From the IMG/VR virus record IMGVR_UViG_3300042934_000426, positions 32,001 through 96,000 of that record: a DNA stretch of 64,000 bases; one strand, 5' to 3'. The DNA comes from a virus. The notes beneath the pieces were generated by a model. The model was not told the DNA's origin and did not search any database. It worked only from the letters and a program-made list of their open reading frames with translations. The position numbers and the translations under genes were made by a program. Within the stretch, counting starts at the first letter, position 1. Each line of letters begins with the position of its first letter. This document shows, piece after piece, positions 57,428 through 64,000 of the stretch.

Positions 57428-60400
57428 CTAAAGCATTATAACCAGTTTTAGGGACTTCGCTACCGCTTTCCCTTGGGTTGTTCCACTTCCGACTTTTAAA
57501 TCACTTGTCTTCGGTGTTTTCACCTTCGGAAGTGTTTGGTTTTGCGCCCCTTTCGGCTTGGCACCCGCTTTACGCTTGGCGCTTCGTGAAAACCCTCTTC
57601 CTGTCATAGCACGGGCTGAAGCGGTATCACTCAACTTGTCTTGCTTCTCTAGTTGCTTCGTTGAATTCACCACATTCGAAATATTCTTCATTTTCGTATC
57701 CTGTGCGTCAAACATGAAGTCTTCGATGGTTCCAGGCATATGAAGCGATTCGACACGGGTTGTGTTGGCTCTGCCTACTGCCTTATGGGACTTCCAGCTA
57801 TCCGAACGTCTGACACGGGCGGTAAACTGTGCCATTTTCTGTGGGTTCCAGTCTTGGTCGAAGTGTATCATCATGTGAGCGTTTCCGAAGTCAACGCCTT
57901 CTTTACCCGCTGGTGATACCGTCGTTGCCCATAGGTGACCTTGGTTGTTCACGTAGTCCGCTCCGCTATCAGCCTTCGAACCACGGAAGCCTACCTTCGT
58001 ATCTTCACGGTCTGTCGCTTCCCCTGTGAACTGTCCATGACCGAACTTGTCGCCTACCTTCGAAGCCCACTTATGCAATTCAGGATGTCCCGTTTCAGGG
58101 TGTGCCAGGTCTTTTAGTACTCCGTCCACAATGTCCGTTCCGAAAGTAGTGTAAGAAGACTTCACCACTAGCTTCGGCATGATTTCAGGCTTACCAGCCT
58201 TACGTCTTTCGTTGTTCTCATGAGCTACTTCATCCAGGTACTTCGATACACGTTCCTTCAGGTAATCAGCCTTCGGGTTGTTGTGGTGAAGTGGAGCTAG
58301 AAGCTTTGGTGACCCGTCTTCGTTTTTCAGGTAACCGCCTTTGCCATCGCTTTCATAATAACGCTTGTGACCGTCCCCGTCTACTTCGAAAGGAATCGGC
58401 TCGCTCTTATCCTTTTTGTCCCCGCTTGTAGTCTGCTGTACTCCTGTGGCTTCGCTATCGAAGGCATTGGAACCAGGGACATACATTTTGCTCGCTAGTG
58501 GGGCGTTTAGGTACTTCTGAAGCTTCTGCATAGCGGTTAAATAGTTTTGGCTCTTCTTCCCGCTGGCATTATCGAAGCCCGTTGTAGAAGCTTGCTGAAG
58601 TTCCTGAAGCTTCGACTTCGGAAGGTACTTTTCCTGAAGCTGGCTGTACTCGTCGTACATTTTTTGCATGCTCGGCTTCATATTCGTCGGCTTGAACGTA
58701 CGAACTTCGTACTCTTCCCCGCTCTTCGCTTTGGCTGTGACTGTGCCTTCGTCGAAGTCGGTGATACTATGCTTCGTTCCATAGTAGTCGTTGGTCGCAT
58801 GGTCACGGCTTCGGTCTACTAAGTTACCTACGAAGTCATTTTGTGGGTTCGGATTGTCAGGCGTTCCACTCGCTCCTGATAAGTGTGGGAAGTGGATTTT
58901 CGAACCGTCGTTAAACTTTACATCTTCCCCGCCACGGAATTGAACGAAGTTGGCTAGAATGTCCCCTAGCTTACCCGCCTTCGCTGGGTTGACCCCGACG
59001 ATTTTCCCGTTTCGGTCTTTAATCATATACTCATTGGTGAATTCCTGACGTGAGCCTAGCTCATGTTTCCCGCCTGAAATGGTGTCAATTAAGCTGTGAA
59101 TCTCACGGGCGTCATTTTCCATTGGCGTTCCTGATAAGCCCCATACGTTTTTGAACTTGTCGGTCGCTTCGGCTAGAGACTTCCCGCGCTTCCCGCCCTG
59201 GTTCTTAAAGGCGTGTACTTCGTCAATCGTAATGTTATCGTACAATCCCGAAGCTGTTAACGCGTCTTTGTTTCTCATAAAGGTGTCATAGCTCATGATA
59301 TGGAAGTCATGGTCAGAATCGTGGTGAGCGTCTAGGTTGTTTAGCAAGTCCTTCGTATGAACGACTTCGTGCTCTTTACCCGCTTGACCCCACAGTTTCT
59401 TACCGTCTTCACCCTTCGTATGACCGCTGAAAGACGAAGACCCCCCGATAAACGCACCCTTCATTGAAGTGTGGTCGGTGATTTCCTTACCCCAATCGGA
59501 CATAATCCCCTTCGGAGCCACAATGAGCGTTTTCTTCGGCTTTTGTCCCTTAGATAATTGCTTCGCCTTATAATGGGCGTGAGCGACAACCCCTAGAATG
59601 GTCTTACCTGTTCCCATTCCGTGACCCGCAATACCACGCTTACGCTCGACTAGGTGAGCTACCCCTTGTAGCTGTGTGCCGTACAATCCTTGCTTTTCAT
59701 CCATAAGGAAGCTCTTCGGATTGAATTGAGCCTTGTAGTGGTCATCGAAGCTTCCGCGCTTCGTATTGACTTGTGACGGCTGGTAGTTTTCCTGGTAATA
59801 TTTACGTCCTTCGGGACTGTCAATATCACGGAATACTCGGTCTTTACTTCGGAAGTAGTCGGCTAGGTGCTCCTGTGCGTCATGTGCCATCGAGATACCG
59901 CTACCTTCACGGGAAAGTATGTCCCGAAGTTCTTCGAACTTATTGGTGGACACTTTCGCTATACCGTCCTTACTTACTGCAACCCCTTCGCTCGCTACTA
60001 CGTCCCGAAGGTGTTCAGGAACGTGCAAGTCTAGGTCTTTGGTGTAACTCGACTTGAATTGCTTCAATAACCCTTTGCCCGCCTTCGAGCGTCCTAAGAC
60101 CTTCTCTAAGCGTTTCATTTGGCTATCGTTTAATTCCAGGTCTTTCTTCAGGTTGCCTTCTTTATCGAAGGCGGTGGTGTTGATTTTGGCTTTCTTTAGC
60201 GCTTCGGCAAATAAGGTTTTCGCCTTTTCTGCTCTAGCTGTATCACGTTTGCCTTCCGAAGCTGGTTTGAATAGGTCATTCGTGTTCATACGGTGTGTAC
60301 CCGTTTGACCCACTTTCAATACGGCATTACCGCTATTGGATAAGGTACGCCCTTTTTCCTTCGCTGGTTTCAGCTCATTCTTATTGAATAGCCCGACAAG

Positions 60401-63400
60401 CTGACCGTCGCTGTTGATAACCTGGAAAGCTCCGTTTTCCGTTTCCTGAGTAATCTTACCCTTTTTCCATGTGTTTCCGTCTTGGTACATGACCGCATTG
60501 CCTTGTTTCATTTTGACGTCATTCACATTGGTATGTTTTCGGTCGACTAATTTCCCATTTTTGAATAAAGCTTTGATAGGTTCGCCTGTCGAAGGGTCTA
60601 CTGCTCCCTTCGGAATATCGCGACTATCAATGTATCGATATCCCTTATAGGTTCCTGAAGCCACTACAGGAGCGCCTTTCCCATCGTATAGTAGCTCAAT
60701 ATGGTGCCCCAATGCGTCCCCAATGTGGACGTCACTTCCCGCATGAGCCGTTACCCAGGCACGATTACCGACGGCATTTTTCATGACTTCGTGAAGGTCT
60801 TCAGCCGTATTCACGTCTTTATGTTGCTTCAGAAGTCTAGCCATGATAGGGTCAGTGATTTTCCCGCTTCCATCCACTTCGATAACGTTTTGGGTGCCGT
60901 CTTCGTTTTCTTGGGCAAAGGTCTTACGTCCCGTCTTCGCGTCGTGGTCAACTAGCTTGAAGTTCTTGTGCGTCATTTCGTCTTGCATACCTAGTCTTGT
61001 TTGGCTTCGGAAGCTCTTGGCTTCGTCTTCGGATAGCTCCTTGAACATCGGGCTTGTGCCGTCTTTGTTAGCGTCCGCTAGTAACTTTTCCGAAGAGTTG
61101 ATATTCGTCCCCAGGTACTTGTTTAGCTTTGACCAGCTATGCGCGATATCGTCAGTTGCAAAGTGCTCTCCTGTTTCAGGGTCGAAGGCTTCGGAAATGT
61201 ATGATGTATAGTTATTTTTCTTGTCGTCCATACGGTGAGCGACTTGAACAACCATACTTTTCCCTGTCGTTGGGTTACCAATTTGGTAGTGCCCTTCAGG
61301 TATCATACGCTTCGTCATTTCTTCTCCCGCACGGGTCATTTCCTTTTGTCCGATTAGGCTAGCCAGCTCGTCCGTTGATAGGTCTTTCTTTGCCATTTCC
61401 TGTATGGTTGAACTCATACCATCTTGGCTTCGAAGTGCCATAGAGTTAGCGGTTTTCGAGATAGCTTCGAAGTCGGCTTTGTGCTCCTTAAAGAAGTTTT
61501 CAGCGTCCTTTTTGGCTGGCTTCGTAATGCCGTTTTCTTCTAGGTATTGCTTGTATGCTTCCACTTTGTCCTGAAGGAAATTGGCGACGTCTTCCGTTAG
61601 GATTTTATGCCCTACGAAGCGTTTTCGCTCTTCGTCACCCATTGAATCGTAGGCTTCTTTTTCTTCGTCGGATAAAGTGTGATACATGCCGATACCTTTA
61701 TGGCTATGTTCCTTCGCTTTTTGCTTAATTCCGCTTACGTGGTCTTTCAGGTTCTCTAAGTCCTCTTCGAAGGCTTGAATTCCCATATCTAAGCGGTCTT
61801 TGTCTTCGTCCCCGTGGTTGAATTCCAGCTCGCCTGTTTCGTGGTTGATTTTCGCCCCGAATTTGTTCATGTGCATATCCTTCGCACGGGCGGTCTTCTT
61901 CGAATCGTCTTTAATCTTTGCCCACTCTTCATGAGCTTTGGCTTCCTTGTTCTTACGGTGCTCGGCTAGTTCTTCCTCTTCATGGTGGAATTCTAGTCCT
62001 TCTTCCTGGTCAGTGATACCATGGTTTTTCGCTTGTTCCTCTCGGTGGCTAGAGTTTTTAGAATCGTACTTGATTTCCCCATCACCTGTGATAAGGATTT
62101 TTTTACCGCCCCAGCTAATCCACGCTGACCCAGGATTCTTGACGAGAAGTTCTTCAGACCAGGTAAGTGCCCCTTGTTTCTGCTTTACCCGTTCCTGTTG
62201 CGTCTTCGCCATTCCCTGAATCTTAGCCTTGTTCTTTTTTGCGTATTCGCTTGCCTTTGCATTGGTGGAGCTATTCGAAGCCCCTTTATGGGCAAACATC
62301 GACTTTTGAAGCTCTTCGAATTCACCGAACGCCTTACGAAGCTCTTCGGAAGCTGGTAATGTGTGCTCGACGATTCGTGCACTTACCTGTCCTTCGTCAT
62401 TAACGATATAGGCTCCGACGTACTCAGTAGGTGATAGAGATTTCTTAATATCGAATAACGTTTCACCTGTTGCTACTCTTGTAAACTTCTGACGAAGGAT
62501 ACTCGCGTCAAGACCCCAGCTATTAAGGGACTTAATCAGGTTCAATTCGTACCATGACTTCAAAATCATATTGAAGACGAAGCTCTTTAGCATAGCGAGC
62601 TGTTGAATGGCTGGATGATTGTTCGCATGAGCCTGAGCGATTTTCCCCATAGCGCTTCGAACCCACTTGTCTACCCATTTTTCTCCATAGCTTGTTCCAT
62701 GCACAGCATTATAGCGGTCAGCGATTTCCTGATTCGTTAAGTTCGCTTGGTTACGCTTTTCGGAAGGCTGGGAGAACTTATACGTCATCAGTTTAATTTC
62801 ATCGTCACTTAATCCCATATCAGCCATAGCTTTCGGAAGTGTGCCTTCTAGTTCCTTCTGACGCTCTTTACGCTCATACACTTCTTCAGGGGAACGCCCT
62901 TCGTCCTGGATATTGCTTGTAATCGTTACGCTACCTTCTTCCGAAGCACGGTTCTTGTCGGCTGATACCGTCTTCTGCTGGCTTGCATAGGCACGAAGCT
63001 GACGAACACGTTCGGCTGGGTCGGTTTCTTGTTTGTTAGTCGCCACCCACTCGCTTTTCTTATCATCCCAATAAGGAGCCTTGACGATTGGCGCTTCCTT
63101 GAATTCCTTCGAATTCTTCATAAGATGTGCGCCTAGTTCTTCGTCCGAAGGCGTACGTCCTAGCTCATGAGATAGCTGAGTGTGGGCGTTGTTCATATCC
63201 ACATTTGCCATACGAACGGCATGCGGTAATGGGATATCGTTTAAGAAGTCATACACGTCGTTTTTCAGCTTATCTTTGATACGTTGAGCTACATGTGCCC
63301 CCATATCGGCTGAAGGGTGCTGAGTGCCCGCCATGACGTTGTGGAGGGTTTCGAACATCGTCGCACGCGCTGACTGAAGCATATCACCATAGAAGCCTGT

Positions 63401-64000
63401 TTCCTGGTTGATGACGTTCTCGCTTCGGGTCGCTTTGTTCCCGATTCGGTTGATTTGCGAAGCTAGGTTCATACCTAGGGCACGACCACGCTTTAATACT
63501 AGGTGACGAGCAAACTTGTCATTCGCGTCTGTAATTTCTCCCGCTAACTTCTTAATGTCTTCGGCATTACGCTTTTCAGGTGGTAAGCTCATAAGCTTTT
63601 GTACCTTTGATGATTCCCACATTTCCGTAATGGAAGCATTATCCTTCGTAGCCGTTGCTTCGTTGAAATCCTGGACTTCTTGGTTCGCTTTATGGTTATC
63701 TTCGGTTTTGGTTAGGCGTTTAACAGGGTCAAGCTCTACGCGCTTAATCGCTGGTGCTTCTAAGTCACGCTTCTTTTTCGCTTGTCGAATCGCTTTGTTT
63801 TCAGCCGTCGCCTTCTTTTTCATATCCTTGACCTTTGCGGTTTGCGCTTTCTTCCGCTCTTTGGTTGTCTTGTTGACTTCCTTCATCACCTGTTTAACGG
63901 TAGGCTTTTTTGCTTCCGAAGCTGTTTTCGCCTTCTTTGCTGGTGCTTTCGTTGTCGGGTCAGCGATTACCTTTGCTTTACCTGTACCGTTTGCCTTCGT
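57428..64000 (-). CDS. giant polyvalent protein with sigma-70-like and SNF2 helicase domains; N-terminus outside the window
   Basis: Frame stays open to 64000; sigma-like GDMLQSA, IPLP, LSHELGRTPSDEEL, LSDDE, LTNQEIA; SNF2 GMGTGKT, DEVH, SGTPMEN, EGVDF, WNP..AQ..ARVRR. Confidence 0.85.
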   Translation of the reverse strand, partial: TKANGTGKAKVIADPTTKAPAKKAKTASEAKKPTVKQVMKEVNKTTKERKKAQTAKVKDMKKKATAENKAIRQAKKKRDLEAPAIKRVELDPVKRLTKTEDNHKANQEVQDFNEATATKDNASITEMWESSKVQKLMSLPPEKRNAEDIKKLAGEITDANDKFARHLVLKRGRALGMNLASQINRIGNKATRSENVINQETGFYGDMLQSARATMFETLHNVMAGTQHPSADMGAHVAQRIKDKLKNDVYDFLNDIPLPHAVRMANVDMNNAHTQLSHELGRTPSDEELGAHLMKNSKEFKEAPIVKAPYWDDKKSEWVATNKQETDPAERVRQLRAYASQQKTVSADKNRASEEGSVTITSNIQDEGRSPEEVYERKERQKELEGTLPKAMADMGLSDDEIKLMTYKFSQPSEKRNQANLTNQEIADRYNAVHGTSYGEKWVDKWVRSAMGKIAQAHANNHPAIQQLAMLKSFVFNMILKSWYELNLIKSLNSWGLDASILRQKFTRVATGETLFDIKKSLSPTEYVGAYIVNDEGQVSARIVEHTLPASEELRKAFGEFEELQKSMFAHKGASNSSTNAKASEYAKKNKAKIQGMAKTQQERVKQKQGALTWSEELLVKNPGSAWISWGGKKILITGDGEIKYDSKNSSHREEQAKNHGITDQEEGLEFHHEEEELAEHRKNKEAKAHEEWAKIKDDSKKTARAKDMHMNKFGAKINHETGELEFNHGDEDKDRLDMGIQAFEEDLENLKDHVSGIKQKAKEHSHKGIGMYHTLSDEEKEAYDSMGDEERKRFVGHKILTEDVANFLQDKVEAYKQYLEENGITKPAKKDAENFFKEHKADFEAISKTANSMALRSQDGMSSTIQEMAKKDLSTDELASLIGQKEMTRAGEEMTKRMIPEGHYQIGNPTTGKSMVVQVAHRMDDKKNNYTSYISEAFDPETGEHFATDDIAHSWSKLNKYLGTNINSSEKLLADANKDGTSPMFKELSEDEAKSFRSQTRLGMQDEMTHKNFKLVDHDAKTGRKTFAQENEDGTQNVIEVDGSGKITDPIMARLLKQHKDVNTAEDLHEVMKNAVGNRAWVTAHAGSDVHIGDALGHHIELLYDGKGAPVVASGTYKGYRYIDSRDIPKGAVDPSTGEPIKALFKNGKLVDRKHTNVNDVKMKQGNAVMYQDGNTWKKGKITQETENGAFQVINSDGQLVGLFNKNELKPAKEKGRTLSNSGNAVLKVGQTGTHRMNTNDLFKPASEGKRDTARAEKAKTLFAEALKKAKINTTAFDKEGNLKKDLELNDSQMKRLEKVLGRSKAGKGLLKQFKSSYTKDLDLHVPEHLRDVVASEGVAVSKDGIAKVSTNKFEELRDILSREGSGISMAHDAQEHLADYFRSKDRVFRDIDSPEGRKYYQENYQPSQVNTKRGSFDDHYKAQFNPKSFLMDEKQGLYGTQLQGVAHLVERKRGIAGHGMGTGKTILGVVAHAHYKAKQLSKGQKPKKTLIVAPKGIMSDWGKEITDHTSMKGAFIGGSSSFSGHTKGEDGKKLWGQAGKEHEVVHTKDLLNNLDAHHDSDHDFHIMSYDTFMRNKDALTASGLYDNITIDEVHAFKNQGGKRGKSLAEATDKFKNVWGLSGTPMENDAREIHSLIDTISGGKHELGSRQEFTNEYMIKDRNGKIVGVNPAKAGKLGDILANFVQFRGGEDVKFNDGSKIHFPHLSGASGTPDNPNPQNDFVGNLVDRSRDHATNDYYGTKHSITDFDEGTVTAKAKSGEEYEVRTFKPTNMKPSMQKMYDEYSQLQEKYLPKSKLQELQQASTTGFDNASGKKSQNYLTAMQKLQKYLNAPLASKMYVPGSNAFDSEATGVQQTTSGDKKDKSEPIPFEVDGDGHKRYYESDGKGGYLKNEDGSPKLLAPLHHNNPKADYLKERVSKYLDEVAHENNERRKAGKPEIMPKLVVKSSYTTFGTDIVDGVLKDLAHPETGHPELHKWASKVGDKFGHGQFTGEATDREDTKVGFRGSKADSGADYVNNQGHLWATTVSPAGKEGVDFGNAHMMIHFDQDWNPQKMAQFTARVRRSDSWKSHKAVGRANTTRVESLHMPGTIEDFMFDAQDTKMKNISNVVNSTKQLEKQDKLSDTASARAMTGRGFSRSAKRKAGAKPKGAQNQTLPKVKTPKTSDLKVGSGTTQGKAVAKSLKLVIML

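Noticed and set aside
649-62359. Numerous plus-strand ORFs in the track
   Set aside because: They are antisense shadows of well-supported minus-strand genes and lack RBSs and recognisable motifs
1-64000. tRNA, rRNA, IS elements, parS sites, terminase, portal
   Set aside because: None recognised by eye; tRNAscan and Infernal were not run

Overview
This is a 64-kb segment of a large contractile-tailed phage, probably infecting a Bacillales or other spore-forming Firmicute (sigmaA-type promoters, Amidase_3+SPOR endolysin, Herelleviridae-like head and tail module). Essentially all credible genes are on the minus strand. Left to right: a partial Cas4/RecB-like nuclease; a nucleotide-metabolism cluster (dUTPase, class II RNR, RuvC-like resolvase, Tmk, DHFR, ThyA); a DNA methyltransferase; an HNH-AP2 endonuclease; a family A DNA polymerase; an AEP primase-MCM helicase fusion; an SSB-like gene; a SNF2 helicase; accessory genes; HU; the lysis cassette; tail fibre, baseplate, tape measure, tube, sheath and neck; major capsid; a protease-scaffold fusion; and a partial >2190-aa protein combining sigma-factor and SNF2 domains. 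Terminase and portal are not in the window. The most unusual signals are: (1) a roughly 100-fold over-represented palindrome, CTTC(S)GAAG; (2) a ~480-nt intergenic element with two structured domains closed by near-identical stems; (3) a ~190-bp element with paired 9-8-9 palindromic sites, present twice in inverted orientation around the 30-kb virion module; (4) the sigma/SNF2 giant protein carrying apparent head-protease KS motifs; (5) a five-copy promoter-hairpin-RBS cassette; (6) a class-specific RBS (AGGAGCTGG) whose complement sits in the loop of a late-leader hairpin; (7) a UCC-UUU-CGU +1 frameshift motif in the tail chaperone. All protein calls come from motif recognition by eye; no database searches were run.
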